Positions 1 to 10,897 of a stretch of DNA of 54,398 nt are shown here, one piece after another (position 1 is the stretch's first letter; each line of letters begins with the position of its first letter). The DNA is taken from positions 1 to 54,398 of the forward strand of contig JAJRVY010000102.1 of the NCBI GenBank assembly GCA_024277065.1, in the 5' to 3' direction. A program made the translations under genes and the position numbers. Source of the stretch: Planctomycetota bacterium. Lineage in GTDB: Bacteria > Planctomycetota > JAJSAM01 > JAJVHW01. The notes below the pieces were generated by a model. It saw nothing but the letters and a program-made list of their open reading frames with translations, was not told the origin of the DNA and did not search any database.

Positions 1-372
1 GCGCCGCGTCCGCCATCGGCCGCCGAGCCGCCGGCGACGGACTTCGGGACCGTGCCCGTGAAGCGCCCGCGGGCCGCCCCACCGCCGCCCCCGGCGCCCA
101 CACCGGCGGCGATCCTCGCGAAGGTCGCGCCGCGCTACCCTAGCACGGCGCGTGAGCGCGGCATCGAAGGCGTCGTGACGCTGCGCGTCGTCGTGCTGGC
201 AGACGGCTCGCGCGGCGACATCATCGTCACGGGTTCGTCCGGCTCGGCCCTCCTCGACCGCGCCGCCGTCGCCGCCGTGAAGAGGTGGGAGTTCCGCCCC
301 GCGACCGTCCAGGGCAAGCCCGTACGATCGACCCTCGACCTCCCCCCGATCCGCTTCCGCCTGATCGACTGA
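1..372 (+). CDS. Energy transducer TonB family protein, C-terminal part (5' end outside the window)
   Basis: Frame is open from base 1. Pro-rich linker followed by the TonB_C signature PRYPSTARERGIEGVVTLRVVV...SSGSALLDRAAVAAVKRWEFRPA. Confidence 0.9.
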   Translation, partial: APRPPSAAEPPATDFGTVPVKRPRAAPPPPPAPTPAAILAKVAPRYPSTARERGIEGVVTLRVVVLADGSRGDIIVTGSSGSALLDRAAVAAVKRWEFRPATVQGKPVRSTLDLPPIRFRLID

Positions 373-1485
373 TCAACCGTCCTCGGGCTCTTCGAGGCCC
401 GGACCGATGCCACGGACGGCGAACTCGGGGACGGCGCCCTCGACGGTGCGGGGCTTGCCGCCGGCGTCGCGGAAGCGGCGCTCGGCGCGGCGCCGCAGGT
501 TGCCGAGGCCCCCGAGGACCGCCTCGCGCCAGGTCCCGTCGCCGTCGGGCACACCTCGGATGTCGAAGCCGTAGACGCGAGTCTGCAGCATCGCCACCCA
601 CGTGCCGTCCGAGGCGCGGATCGGCACCGAGACGTCCTGGCCGGCGAGCCAGTAGACATCCTCCGACGGCGAGAACATGTCGGTCACGAGGTGCCCCTCG
701 TCGTTCAGCGACGTGCGGATGCGAACGTCGCAATCGACCGTGCCGTAAGGGAACGGGACGTCGCTGCGGAACACCATCCGCACGATGGTGCATGCGCCCC
801 ACCCCTCATCGGGCGTGCGCACGTAGCCGCCCCGCACGGCATGGATCAGCTCGTAGTTGGCGTTGACGTTGCCCGTGTAGGTGGCAAAGTCGTTCTCCGC
901 GTCCTTGATCGCCTCGAGGTCGGCGTAGATCAGCGTCGCGGCCTGGTATACGTCCGTCGTGCCGCCCACCTCGCTCCAGAACGGGTCGCCGGACGCGGAA
1001 CGGTCGAAGGGCTCGGCGAGCAGCAGTCCGTCGTCGTCCTCGTACTCCTCGGAGTCCCACGCGTCGCCGTAGAGGCGGTCGTCGTTCACGAGCGCCGGCA
1101 GATACCCAGCGACGCGCTGCCACACCGACGGGCGCCGCGCGCGCAGGATGCGGAGCATGCGGCCGCGGCGCGCCGGATCGCCCTTGGCCTGGCGCAGTCC
1201 CCGCACGAGATCGCCGAAGGTGTGGCTCCAGGCCAGGTCGCGCTCACCGCGCTGCAGGGGGAACTCCATGGCGGCGAGTTCGCGCATCTCGCGCGCCAGG
1301 TCCACGCGCAGCGGCGGCTCGCGGGCGGACTCCGAGACGCGCAGCACAGGGAGCCGCCACTCGTCGTGGAACAGCGTCCGCGCCGCGTCGCGGCGCACGA
1401 TGCGCGGCACGAGCAGATCCTCCGCTGCGATGAGCGGAGCAGCCACGGCGGCGGTCAGGGCCAACAGAAAGACGGGGCGGCGCAT
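373..1485 (-). CDS. Secreted hypothetical protein
   Basis: 370-aa ORF with signal peptide MRRPVFLLALTAAVAAPLIA and normal globular composition. No family recognised. Confidence 0.7.
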   Translation of the reverse strand: MRRPVFLLALTAAVAAPLIAAEDLLVPRIVRRDAARTLFHDEWRLPVLRVSESAREPPLRVDLAREMRELAAMEFPLQRGERDLAWSHTFGDLVRGLRQAKGDPARRGRMLRILRARRPSVWQRVAGYLPALVNDDRLYGDAWDSEEYEDDDGLLLAEPFDRSASGDPFWSEVGGTTDVYQAATLIYADLEAIKDAENDFATYTGNVNANYELIHAVRGGYVRTPDEGWGACTIVRMVFRSDVPFPYGTVDCDVRIRTSLNDEGHLVTDMFSPSEDVYWLAGQDVSVPIRASDGTWVAMLQTRVYGFDIRGVPDGDGTWREAVLGGLGNLRRRAERRFRDAGGKPRTVEGAVPEFAVRGIGPGLEEPEDG

Positions 1486-1554
1486 GGAACGTGAGTCCCA
1501 CGATACGCGCCGCCCCGCTCGTTTTCCCGTAGCAGTCGAGTTCGGGCCGCCCTG

Positions 1555-2922
1555 CTACATGATGCCGCAGGAGAGCACGGCGTCGGCGACCTTCGCGAAG
1601 CCGCCGACGTTGGCGCCCTTCACGTAGTTCACGTAGCCGTTGCCGTCGTGGCCGTACTGCACGCACTGCGCGTGGATCTTCTTCATGATGTCGTGCAGCC
1701 GGGCATCGACCTCCTCGCGCGTCCACATGAGGCGCTGGGCGTTCTGGGTCTGCTCGAGACCCGAGACGGCGACGCCACCGGCGTTCGCTGCCTTGCCCGG
1801 CCCGTAGAGGACCTTCGAGTTGAGGAAGATGTGGATGCCGTCGAGGTTGGTCGGCATGTTCGCGCCCTCGGCGACGGCGATGATACCGTTGTCCACGAGG
1901 AGCTTCGCCTCGTCACCGACGATTTCGTTCTGCGTGGCGCACGGGAAGGCGAGATCGGCCTTGACACCCCAGGGCTTCTGGCCCTCGACGTACGAGGCGC
2001 CGGAGAACTTCTCGGCCATCTCGGTGAGGCGCCCGCGACGGACCTCCTTGAGGTCCTTCAGGTACTCGAGGTGCTCCTCGGTGAACCCGTCCGGGATGTG
2101 CAGAAAACCGTCGTACTCCGAGACGGTGACGACCTTCGAGCCGAGGTGCAGGAGCTTCTCGACGCAGTAGATCGCGACGTTGCCCGAGCCCGAGACGAGG
2201 GCCGTCTTTCCGGCCGCGCTGTCGCCGCGCTCCTTGAGCATCTCCTCGACGAAGTAGACCGTGCCGTAGCCGGTGGCCTCGGTGCGGATGGGGCTGCCGC
2301 CGAACGACAGGCCCTTGCCGGTCATCACACCGGCCCAGCGCTCGGTGATGCGCTTGTACTGGCCGAAGAGGTAGCTGACCTCGCGGCCACCGACGCCGAT
2401 GTCACCGGCCGGGACGTCCACGTCCTCGCCGATGTAGGGGTAGAGCGCCGTCATGAACGACTGGCAGAAGCGCATGACCTCGCGGTCGCTCTTGCCCTTG
2501 GGGTCGAAGTTCGAGCCGCCCTTGCCGCCGCCCATCGGGAGCGTCGTGAGCGCGTTCTTGAACACCTGCTCGAAGGCCAGGAACTTCAGCGTGCCGAGCG
2601 TGACGCTCGGGTGGAAGCGCAGACCGCCCTTGTAGGGTCCGATCGCGTTGCTCATCTGCACGCGCCAGCCGCGGTTGACGTGGACGCCGCCCTTGTCGTC
2701 CTCCCACGCGACACGGAAGGTGTACGAGCGGTCGGGCTCGGTGAGCCGCTCGAGGAGCGCGTTCTCCTGATACCTGGGGTTCTCGAGGATGAACGGCATG
2801 AGCCAGTCCACCACCTCGGAGACCGCCTGGTGGAATTCGGGCTGGCCCGGGTTGCGAGCCCGCACGCCCTCCATGAATTCCGCAGTCGCCCGCTGTGCTT
2901 GACGTTCCAACGTGTCCGACAC
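1555..2922 (-). CDS. gdhA: NADP-specific glutamate dehydrogenase
   Basis: Motifs GPYKGGLRFHPSV, KFLAFEQVFKNALTTLPMGGGKGG, DVPAGDIGVG, RTEATGYG, GSGNVA, PGKAANAGGVAVSGLE. AAGGAGG RBS before the GTG start. Confidence 0.96.
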   Translation of the reverse strand: MSDTLERQAQRATAEFMEGVRARNPGQPEFHQAVSEVVDWLMPFILENPRYQENALLERLTEPDRSYTFRVAWEDDKGGVHVNRGWRVQMSNAIGPYKGGLRFHPSVTLGTLKFLAFEQVFKNALTTLPMGGGKGGSNFDPKGKSDREVMRFCQSFMTALYPYIGEDVDVPAGDIGVGGREVSYLFGQYKRITERWAGVMTGKGLSFGGSPIRTEATGYGTVYFVEEMLKERGDSAAGKTALVSGSGNVAIYCVEKLLHLGSKVVTVSEYDGFLHIPDGFTEEHLEYLKDLKEVRRGRLTEMAEKFSGASYVEGQKPWGVKADLAFPCATQNEIVGDEAKLLVDNGIIAVAEGANMPTNLDGIHIFLNSKVLYGPGKAANAGGVAVSGLEQTQNAQRLMWTREEVDARLHDIMKKIHAQCVQYGHDGNGYVNYVKGANVGGFAKVADAVLSCGIM

Positions 2923-3432
2923 GAGCCCCTCCTTGGTCAGGGGTCAGGGGGTGAATGAAGCGCGTGATCCTAGTCTCATGGGATCGCACGCCCGTGAACG
3001 CATCGAGGGTCAGCTTCATCCCGTCATCTCGGCCCCGGCGGAGAGCGCCGCGACCTCCGCCGGAGCGACCGGAGCGCCGACCCAGGCCCGACATGATGCC
3101 CGAACCCGTCGCAGACCGCGTGTGAGCGGAATCACGATTGCGAGGACAGTTGCGTGCGTCTCTCCCGCGTGCCGTGATCGTGAACGAGAACACGTCTCGC
3201 GATTCGCGCCACCAGTGTCGGCGCGGCGGTCCACTACGCTGGGTGCTCACATTGGGCGCTCGACGCGACGGAGCGCAACTCGTCGGTGCGCGAGGACGAC
3301 TTCGCCGACACGATCGTGATCTTGTGCGACGGCGAGCCGAACTGCGGACCGATCGCCGCCGTGGAAGACGTGCTCGACGAGGTGCACCGCAAGCGCTGAG
3401 AAGGTGTGGCTCGGGGCGGCCCGGCCGGGGCG

Positions 3433-4425
3433 CTACCCGAACGCGCTCACGCGCTGGATCGTCCAGTACACGGCTACGGCGCCGATCCCGTAGGCGGGCA
3501 CCCACGCCGCCCAGCGCGGCGTGACGCCGACACACCGGCGGGCCAGGGCGAGCACAGCGAGGACGGCCCCGACGAAGAGCAGTTGGCCGGCCTCGACCCC
3601 GACGTTGAAGAGGAAGAGCGCCACGGGGATGGCGTGTCCAGGGAGCCCCACCTCGCGCAGGGCGCTCGCGAACCCCAGGCCGTGGAGCAGACCGAAGACG
3701 AGCGCCACGATCCACGGCGAGCGTGCGGTCACGCCTTCCTGCCCGCGCAGGCCATGCACGATCTCGGCGGCGACGAAGACGATACTGAGCGCGATCACGG
3801 CCTCGACCGGGGCCGGCGGGACGCGCAGCCAACCGAGCGTGGCGGCCGCGAGCGTGATGCTGTGCGCCACGGTGAACGCCGTGATCGTGAAGAAGAGACG
3901 GCGGCGGCCCTTCACGAGCATGAGCAGCGCGAGTACGAACAGCAGGTGGTCGATCCCCCCGAGGATGTGCTCGACGCCGAGCGCGAAGTACGTTCCGGCG
4001 AGGGACCAGAGGCTCGGCTCCGACGCGAGGACGAAGCTCGGGTGCGTCGGCTCGACGCGGCTCACGAACGACGTACCGCTGCTCTGCTCGACACGCACGA
4101 GCACGTCGGTCATCGTCCCGCCGAGGCCGTCGAAGTGAATCGTCTCGCCCGTCAGTCCTCCCGCGCGGCGCACGCTCCAGCGATCGACGAACGCGCCGCG
4201 CGCGAAGACGCCGCGGTGCTCGCTGGTGTCCTCGGTCCCCGCCGGAAATCGCAGGTGGATGCCGAGGCGCATGCTCTCGCCCGCCGCCGGCACCTTCCAC
4301 AGGACGTCGTACGTCTCGGGGCCGGTCTGCGTCAGCTCGAGATAGCCCGGCCGCACCTCGTGCGCGAGCGCCGTGCCGCTCAGGCAGAGCAGGGCGAGGA
4401 GGCACGCCGCCCACCAGCGCGTCAC
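3433..4425 (-). CDS. HupE/UreJ family protein (putative Ni/Co permease with N-terminal periplasmic domain)
   Basis: AHEVRPGYLEL N-terminus, LGVEHILGGIDHLLFVLAL, TAFTVAHSITL, FGLLHGLGFA, FNVGVEAGQL. Confidence 0.92.
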   Translation of the reverse strand: MTRWWAACLLALLCLSGTALAHEVRPGYLELTQTGPETYDVLWKVPAAGESMRLGIHLRFPAGTEDTSEHRGVFARGAFVDRWSVRRAGGLTGETIHFDGLGGTMTDVLVRVEQSSGTSFVSRVEPTHPSFVLASEPSLWSLAGTYFALGVEHILGGIDHLLFVLALLMLVKGRRRLFFTITAFTVAHSITLAAATLGWLRVPPAPVEAVIALSIVFVAAEIVHGLRGQEGVTARSPWIVALVFGLLHGLGFASALREVGLPGHAIPVALFLFNVGVEAGQLLFVGAVLAVLALARRCVGVTPRWAAWVPAYGIGAVAVYWTIQRVSAFG

Positions 4426-5324
4426 GGCTTCCGCGCCCCGTCCGTCCCCGCCGTCCCGCCCGGGTCGCCGCTTCCGTCAGACGTACCCTGCGGCCACTCG
4501 ACGACGACGCGGTAGCGCGCCACCAGACCGTCGTAGAAGCGCTTCGAGGCCTCGTCGCGTTGCGCCGACGCCCAATCCCGCTCGACCTCCGCGCGCACGT
4601 CGTCGAGGGGCGGAAGCGCCCCCGGATCGCGCGCATCGACGCGCACGATGTGTAGGCCGAAGGCCGACTTCACGGGCCCGCTCCACTCGCCGATCGGCAA
4701 CTCCGCGACGCTCTCGAGGAACGGCGCTCCGAACGTAGCGATCACGTCCTGCGCGCTCGCGTCCCGATACGCGTGCTCGAGCAGCGACGGATCGCCGAGT
4801 TCGCGGGGGTCCGCCTCGTCGCCGAGCGCCCGCACGTCCGCGAGGACGGCGCGCGCGTCTGCCGCGGGATCGTCACCGTGCAGTTCCGGGTTCACGTAGA
4901 GCTGACGGAAGCGGAACCGTGCCGGCCGCGTGTAGCGATCGGCGTGCTCCGCCAGCCACGCCTCGAGCTGCGGCTCGGTGGGCGCCGCCTGCTCGATGAT
5001 GTCGTCCACGGCGAACTCCATCTTCTGGCGCACGCGACGCCGAATGATGGTGTCGTCCACATCGACACCGAGCGCCTTGCCCTCACGGTAGAGCGCCTCC
5101 TCGAGGACGAAGTCGTCCACGAGAGTGCGCAGCTCGGGCGCCGACGGCGGCCGCTGCCACGTCTTGGCGAAGAGGGCCGCCAGATTCTCGATACGGCCCC
5201 GGGAGACGACGATCTCGTCGCCACCCGCGGGGGCCGTGCGCCGCCCCATCAGGGCGTCCAGCGCGAAGAGGGCCGCCCCGAGGAGTACGAAGTGGAGCAA
5301 TGGCTCCCGGATGAAATGTCTCAC
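4422..5324 (-). CDS. PpiC/parvulin-type peptidyl-prolyl isomerase domain protein
   Basis: Start is probably GTG 5324 (overlaps the upstream stop as GTGA). [15 protein letters not shown] anchor, [31 protein letters not shown]. The longer 5' extension in the ORF track is shadow sequence. Confidence 0.88.
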   Translation of the reverse strand: MRHFIREPLLHFVLLGAALFALDALMGRRTAPAGGDEIVVSRGRIENLAALFAKTWQRPPSAPELRTLVDDFVLEEALYREGKALGVDVDDTIIRRRVRQKMEFAVDDIIEQAAPTEPQLEAWLAEHADRYTRPARFRFRQLYVNPELHGDDPAADARAVLADVRALGDEADPRELGDPSLLEHAYRDASAQDVIATFGAPFLESVAELPIGEWSGPVKSAFGLHIVRVDARDPGALPPLDDVRAEVERDWASAQRDEASKRFYDGLVARYRVVVEWPQGTSDGSGDPGGTAGTDGARKP

Positions 5325-7246
5325 TTCGCCGGCGTGAACCAGATCGGTGAGGTGTACGCCAGCTCCTGCAGGACGGTCGTGGCGCCCTCGGGGATCTCGA
5401 CGCCGAAGCGGTAGGCGTCGTAGACGACCCACCGCGGTGTCGGGATCTCGATCACACGCGCGTAGTAGAATGCACGCTCTGCGGGGTCGAACTCCGGGTC
5501 GGTCCAGACCGTCGCGAGCTCCGACGCACCAATCGTGTTCGTCCAACTCGCGCGCTCGATGTCCACCGTGTTGCCGACCTGCGTGGCGCAGTTCCCGTCC
5601 GTGATCTCGCGGCCGGCCGACACCGACACGTCGTAGACGCGCTCGTGGGTCCGGCCCTCGCCATCGAGCCAGCCCTTGATGATCTGGATGCGATCGAGGT
5701 TCGCCCCCTCGGGGTCGCGCAGGGCGTAGACCATGAAGCTCGGCGCCCCGTCGCCGTCGTGGGCGCGCAGGTCTCCGCCCATCGGAACACCCTTGGCGTA
5801 GCCGACGAAGGCCGGCTGACGACTGCTGAGGTCGGCGGCCACGAAGTCCCAACCGCCGAACAGGCGCACCGTCATGCGCGGACCGGTCGTGGCGTAGACC
5901 TCCTTGCGGGCCATCGCATCGAAGATCGACTCACGCGTGTTCTCCTTCGCCCACACCGCCGCGAGCCCGGAGGCCGACTGCTGCCACGAGTAGAGGACGC
6001 CCTGATCCGTCTTCATGAACGGATGGCTCATGCGCTCGGGCGAGGGCTCGTAGCCGGAGTGCTTGCCGAAGAAGTTGTCCTCTCCGGCGGTGGCGAGCGA
6101 CGTGTGCGAGTCGGTCGAACCGACCATGCCGAACTTGTAGGGATTGGTGCCGAGCCGTTCCTCGAGGGCCAGTCCGTTCTTGAGGGCCTCACGGGCGTAC
6201 TCACCGGCGAGCATGGCGTCCGTCTTCGCGACGGACAGGTCAAGGTTGCCGACGTCCCATGCCTCGAAGTCGGCGAACCCGTCGTCGGGAGAGAGCTTGG
6301 GGTGCGTCTCGCTGTCGCCCTTGATCTGCGTGACCTCGTAGAGCGGCTCCCATTTCGCGCGCTGCTCGACGTAGCGCTTGTCGAGCTTGCGTCCCGAGTA
6401 CTGGGCGTCGATCGGGAACATGATCCCGTTGGACAGGTTGCCGTTGTGCGCGAGCGCCAGGACCGAACCGCCGGTCTTCTCCTCGTACGACGCCATCCAG
6501 TCGTACAGATCGAGGGGGTCGGGGCTGCCGACCGGCGCCTGCGTCGTGTACGGCACGATGCGCTTGGCCTGCACCGGGCCGTCGCGGAAGATGACGTTGC
6601 GGTGCATGTTGGCCCCCTTGACGAGGGAGGTCCACTCGAAGCCCAGCAACGCCGTGAAGCGGCCCGGCTCGTTGTACTTCTCGGCGGCATCGACGGCCCG
6701 CTGCCAGATGCTCTTGTACTTGTTCGAACCCGGCGAGTAGTGGCCGAACATCTCCGGATCCATCTTCGCCTGAGAGAAGGTGGTGATCAGGTCGAGCGCC
6801 GCCTTGACGCCGGCCTGCCCGCCCTCGCGCATTCCCGCGAACCAGCGGCGCCCCTGCTCGGACCTCATGATCTCCGGAGCGCCGGCCATGACGTCCTGGA
6901 CCATGCCGAGTCCGTCGGAGTGATCGGAGACGAGGATCCAATCGAGGGGCCGCGTCAGCTTCACGGGCTGACCGGTGGACGAGACGACATCCTCGCCGCG
7001 GGCGAACCGATGCGCCTCCTCGGGGCCGAGCCGGTTGCCGAAGAGGCCCGCGTCCATCGACAGCGCCGTGTGCACATGGCTGTCGCCCCACAGCGGACGT
7101 GTGGGGAACGCGCGCGCCGCGTACGGGGAATACACCTTGCCGGGGTAGGCACCCGGTTCGGGCGTCTCGGACGCGCTGTCCTGGGCGGCTGCGATGCTCG
7201 ACAGTGCCAGAACTGCGAGGGACGCGGTCGCAAGGGCGATCTTCAT
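5321..7246 (-). CDS. DUF3604 domain protein (secreted PHP-like metallohydrolase fold)
   Basis: ATG 7246 with GAGGAG RBS and a signal peptide. Motifs [82 protein letters not shown]. Confidence 0.92.
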   Translation of the reverse strand: MKIALATASLAVLALSSIAAAQDSASETPEPGAYPGKVYSPYAARAFPTRPLWGDSHVHTALSMDAGLFGNRLGPEEAHRFARGEDVVSSTGQPVKLTRPLDWILVSDHSDGLGMVQDVMAGAPEIMRSEQGRRWFAGMREGGQAGVKAALDLITTFSQAKMDPEMFGHYSPGSNKYKSIWQRAVDAAEKYNEPGRFTALLGFEWTSLVKGANMHRNVIFRDGPVQAKRIVPYTTQAPVGSPDPLDLYDWMASYEEKTGGSVLALAHNGNLSNGIMFPIDAQYSGRKLDKRYVEQRAKWEPLYEVTQIKGDSETHPKLSPDDGFADFEAWDVGNLDLSVAKTDAMLAGEYAREALKNGLALEERLGTNPYKFGMVGSTDSHTSLATAGEDNFFGKHSGYEPSPERMSHPFMKTDQGVLYSWQQSASGLAAVWAKENTRESIFDAMARKEVYATTGPRMTVRLFGGWDFVAADLSSRQPAFVGYAKGVPMGGDLRAHDGDGAPSFMVYALRDPEGANLDRIQIIKGWLDGEGRTHERVYDVSVSAGREITDGNCATQVGNTVDIERASWTNTIGASELATVWTDPEFDPAERAFYYARVIEIPTPRWVVYDAYRFGVEIPEGATTVLQELAYTSPIWFTPAK

Positions 7247-7394
7247 GGGCAAACACTCCTCTCTCGATGGATGGGGTCGTGCGCGGCGGTCACGCCGCCG
7301 CGTCCGGAGCGGCCGCTGCCGCTGACGCGCACCAGCACACTCCGACACACGACGATCTCACGGTAGCACGGGAGCACGGGGTGGCCGGCGCGGG

Positions 7395-7416
7395 GATTCG
7401 GGGCAGATTCGGGGCA
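7395..7416. repeat. 11-bp tandem direct repeat GATTCGGGGCA x2 upstream of the DUF3604 operon
   Basis: Exact copies at 7395-7405 and 7406-7416, followed by a degenerate third copy. Intergenic. Confidence 0.55.
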
Positions 7417-7550
7417 GTCCGGGCCATGGAGCGGGGCATGGCAACCATGAACGCGGAGACGGTCGCAACGGCCTCCTCGGGCGGAAGCCGTCCGCGGCGG
7501 CCGCGCCGCCGGAGCGGCCCGGGAGCGGTCGTCGCGGCGGCCGCGAAGCG

Positions 7551-10500
7551 TCAGCGCCCGCAGACGCAGTACGCCTGGTCGGCGCCGCCGAGGACGGAAT
7601 CGAGGGGCGGGCCCTGCGGCAGCTCACGGCGCTCGGGCAGGATCTGGGCCATGACGCGCGCGTCGTAGAGGCGGCCGTTCGCGACGACGTAGGTGATCCG
7701 CTCGGACGCCGAGACGTCCTCCAGCACGGCGTCGTCCACCACGATCAGATCCGCGAGGTACCCGGCCCTGACGGCGCCCAGTTCGCGCTCCAGGCAGAGA
7801 GCGCGCGCGCCCTCGTACGTCGCGCAGCGCAGTGCCTCGTGGGGCGTCATGCCGCCCTGCACGAGCATCCAGATCTCCCAGTGCGCGGCGAGTCCCTGGA
7901 GTTGGCCGTGGGCGCCGATCTGCACGTGGCCGCCGCGGCGCTCGACGTCCGCGCACGTGCGCGCGAGACGGAAGTGATTGTAGTCCTCGTCGTCGGTCGC
8001 CAGCACGCGGCGGCGGGCGGCGGGATCGATCACGCTGCGCGGCACGAAGCGCGCCAGGCGCTCGTTCTGCCAGACCTTCGTCTTGGCGTACCACCAGTTC
8101 TCCCCCATCAGGCCGCCGTAGCCGACGACGAGCGTAGGCGTGTAGCCGGTACCGCTCTCCGCGAACAGCCGTAACTCCGGTTCATAGAGCGGCGCGACGG
8201 GGATCGCGTGCTCGATGGTCGTGTGGCCGTCGAGCAGATGCGTCATGTTGTAGTGCAGTGTCGAGCCGCCCTCGGGCACGACGAGGATGCCGAGTTCGCC
8301 CGCCGCCGCCATCACCTGCTGGCGCTGCTCGCGCCGCGGCTGGTTGTAGGACTTCACCGAGCGCGGGCCCCAGGCGATGGTGCGCGCGATCTCCTGACGC
8401 GCGTCGTCGAGCGAGTTGATGACCGCCTTCGCGTCGCCCTCCGCGCCGTAGAGGATCGTGCCCGTCGAGAGCAGCCGGGGACCGAGCCGCAGGCCGGCGC
8501 CCACCATCTCGGACTCGGTGTAGATGCCCTGCGTGTCGTTGCTGGGGTCGTGCGTGGTCGTCACACCGAACGCGAGTTGCGCGACGAGCTTCCAGTTCTG
8601 CTGCGGCAGGACGCCGCCGGACGGTGAGCCCGAGTGCGCGTGCACGTCCACGAAGCCGGGCATCACGACGCGGCTGCGGCAGTCGATGTCCACGGCGCCG
8701 TCCGGAATCGCCACCTCGCCTTCCTTGCCGACCGCCTCGATGCGACGCCCGCGCACGATGACGACACCGTCCTCGATGACGGTGAGGTCGTCCATGGGCA
8801 GCACGGTCCCGTGGCGCAGTGCGAACAGCGTCTGCGGCGCGTCCGCGGGCACGGAGAACCCCACGCGCTGCGCCGTCGCGCCGACGCCGCGCGGCGCGTC
8901 CTCGCCCTGCACGGGCGCCGCCGCCATCACGTCCGCGACGGTCGCGGCGAACAGCTCCGGACCGAGGCTCCAGCGCACGACGGACGAGTCCGCCGACCAC
9001 GACAGGTACGTGCCACCGGGGTACGACAGACGTCGCACGGGACCGCCCTTCGCGTCCGGCCCCAGCTCCAGTGCACGCGGCTGCGGCGGCAGCGGCGCGA
9101 CATACGTCTGCCACAGCTCCTCGAACGCGATCCAGCGGCCGTCGGGCGACACCGCGAAGTCCCGCGCGTGCTCGGATGTCGCAAGAACGCGGCGGTCCGA
9201 GCCGATGCGATCGATGCCGACGAGCGCGTTCTTCTCGCCCTCGCGCGAGAGCAGCAGGATGCGGCGCCCGTCCGCCGAGAAGCGCGGCTTGCGGCCCTCG
9301 CGCCTCAGGAATCGCGGCTGCGCCCCGTCCTTGACCTTGATGCGGTAGATACCCGGCTCTGCCGCCCACTGCCCGCCGCGGAAGCCGTCGCCGGCGCCGC
9401 GGTGGTAGACCACCTCGGCGCCGTCCGCGGAGAGGTCCGCCGACAGGTAGTGCCCGGGGATCGCGACCACGGTGCGCCCGGCCCCACCGTCGATGCCGAT
9501 CGTCTTGACGCGGCCCCCGGCGGCGTCGCTCCAGGTGACGTAGACGACCGTCCGGCCGTCGCGGGACAGGCGCGGCGCGAACTCCAGTTCGGGGGCGTCC
9601 GTAAGGCGCACGGGCGCCCCGGCCCCGCTCCTGCGGTAGAGATGTCCGAGCGCGGAGAAGACGACGGTACCGTCCGGCGCCACGCTCGGCCAGCGCACCA
9701 CGTTCACGTCGAACGTGTCGCCGGCGATCGAGTGCGGTGTGCGGCGCAGCGGCAGCAGGCGCTGCCGCACGGCGGCCCGGAAGGGGATGGGCGTGGCCGC
9801 GCCACTCGCGACATCGACGCGAACCAGCCCGCCCTGCGCCCAGATGACGATCGACGCGCCGTCCGGCGTCCAGTCGAATCCCGGATACGGACCGAAGATG
9901 GCCCACGTCTCCTGCTGGTCGTGGGAGAGGCCGTCCCAGACGTCGCGGATCTCCCCCGACGCCAGGTCGAGCACCGCCAGCACGCTGCGATTGCGCTCAC
10001 GGCGCACGAACGCGAGCGACGCGCCGTCGGGCGAGGGCTCGGGGCGTACGGCGCCGCCGGGCCGCCGGATCAGATCGCGGATCTCGCCGCTCTCCATGTC
10101 CAGCCGGCGGATGACGTAGATCGTTCCGTGCGGGTCCTTGTTGTACTGGAACGTCTTGCCGCCCGACATGTCCTCGGACCAGTAGAGATACCGGCCGTCG
10201 GGCGAGATCGCGGGCTCGCCGACGTCCTGCTGGTCGTTCTTGCGCTCGGTAAGGCGCAGGCCCTCGCCGGCGGTCGACTCGCCGTCGGCCGGCAGCCGGT
10301 ACATCCACATCTCGCCCGCGCCGAGACTGCGGCGCGACGTGAAGTGCTTCTTCGCGACGACGTAGTCGCCGGACGGATGCCAGACCGCATTATTGAGGAG
10401 CCGCAAGCTCTCGGTCGTCAGCGCACGGCGCCGCGCGCCGTCCGCGTCCATGACCCAGACGTTGTCACCACCACCGCGGTCGCTCGTGAACGAGATCGCC

Positions 10501-10856
10501 GTGCCGTCCGGGCTGTAGCGCGGCTGCACGTCGTAGGCGAGTCCGCCCGAGAGCAACGTCGCCTCGCCTCCGGCGATCGGCACGGTCCAGATGTCACCGA
10601 GCAGGTCGAAGACGAGCTGCGTGCCGTCCGGATGCACATCGACGCTCATCCACGTCGCCTCGGTGGCGTCGAGCGCGAACTCTCGATACGGCCCGCCGGG
10701 GTCATCGACGTTCCAGTCGGGCGCCGCGGGGCGGCCGGCGCCGTCGCCGGCGTCGTCCCGGGAGCCGTCCGCGGACGGCTCCCCGCCTCGGGCGCTCCCG
10801 GCCGGGAGCGTGAGGAGTGCGGCGAGTGCAAGAAGAGAGGCTGCGCGAATGCTCAT
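7551..10856 (-). CDS. Secreted amidohydrolase with N-terminal TolB/PD40 beta-propeller domains
   Basis: Signal peptide. Repeated (S/H)PDG propeller motifs (TWMSVDVHPDG, QPRYSPDG, EPAISPDG). C-terminal amidohydrolase motifs MPGFVDVHAH, FGVTTTHDP, VKSYNQPRR, GAHGQLQG, GYLADLIVVD. Confidence 0.92.
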   Translation of the reverse strand: MSIRAASLLALAALLTLPAGSARGGEPSADGSRDDAGDGAGRPAAPDWNVDDPGGPYREFALDATEATWMSVDVHPDGTQLVFDLLGDIWTVPIAGGEATLLSGGLAYDVQPRYSPDGTAISFTSDRGGGDNVWVMDADGARRRALTTESLRLLNNAVWHPSGDYVVAKKHFTSRRSLGAGEMWMYRLPADGESTAGEGLRLTERKNDQQDVGEPAISPDGRYLYWSEDMSGGKTFQYNKDPHGTIYVIRRLDMESGEIRDLIRRPGGAVRPEPSPDGASLAFVRRERNRSVLAVLDLASGEIRDVWDGLSHDQQETWAIFGPYPGFDWTPDGASIVIWAQGGLVRVDVASGAATPIPFRAAVRQRLLPLRRTPHSIAGDTFDVNVVRWPSVAPDGTVVFSALGHLYRRSGAGAPVRLTDAPELEFAPRLSRDGRTVVYVTWSDAAGGRVKTIGIDGGAGRTVVAIPGHYLSADLSADGAEVVYHRGAGDGFRGGQWAAEPGIYRIKVKDGAQPRFLRREGRKPRFSADGRRILLLSREGEKNALVGIDRIGSDRRVLATSEHARDFAVSPDGRWIAFEELWQTYVAPLPPQPRALELGPDAKGGPVRRLSYPGGTYLSWSADSSVVRWSLGPELFAATVADVMAAAPVQGEDAPRGVGATAQRVGFSVPADAPQTLFALRHGTVLPMDDLTVIEDGVVIVRGRRIEAVGKEGEVAIPDGAVDIDCRSRVVMPGFVDVHAHSGSPSGGVLPQQNWKLVAQLAFGVTTTHDPSNDTQGIYTESEMVGAGLRLGPRLLSTGTILYGAEGDAKAVINSLDDARQEIARTIAWGPRSVKSYNQPRREQRQQVMAAAGELGILVVPEGGSTLHYNMTHLLDGHTTIEHAIPVAPLYEPELRLFAESGTGYTPTLVVGYGGLMGENWWYAKTKVWQNERLARFVPRSVIDPAARRRVLATDDEDYNHFRLARTCADVERRGGHVQIGAHGQLQGLAAHWEIWMLVQGGMTPHEALRCATYEGARALCLERELGAVRAGYLADLIVVDDAVLEDVSASERITYVVANGRLYDARVMAQILPERRELPQGPPLDSVLGGADQAYCVCGR

Positions 10857-10897
10857 CCACGCAGCCTACCCAATTCGATCGAACAGGTCGCCGGAGG

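Noticed and set aside
2923-3432. Small ORFs or an ncRNA in the 510-bp gap between gdhA and hupE, including the imperfect inverted repeat GCGTGATCC...GGATCGCACGC near 2962-2991
   Set aside because: ORFs lack an RBS and protein-like composition. No tRNA or known RNA motif recognised, and the hairpin alone is not enough evidence.
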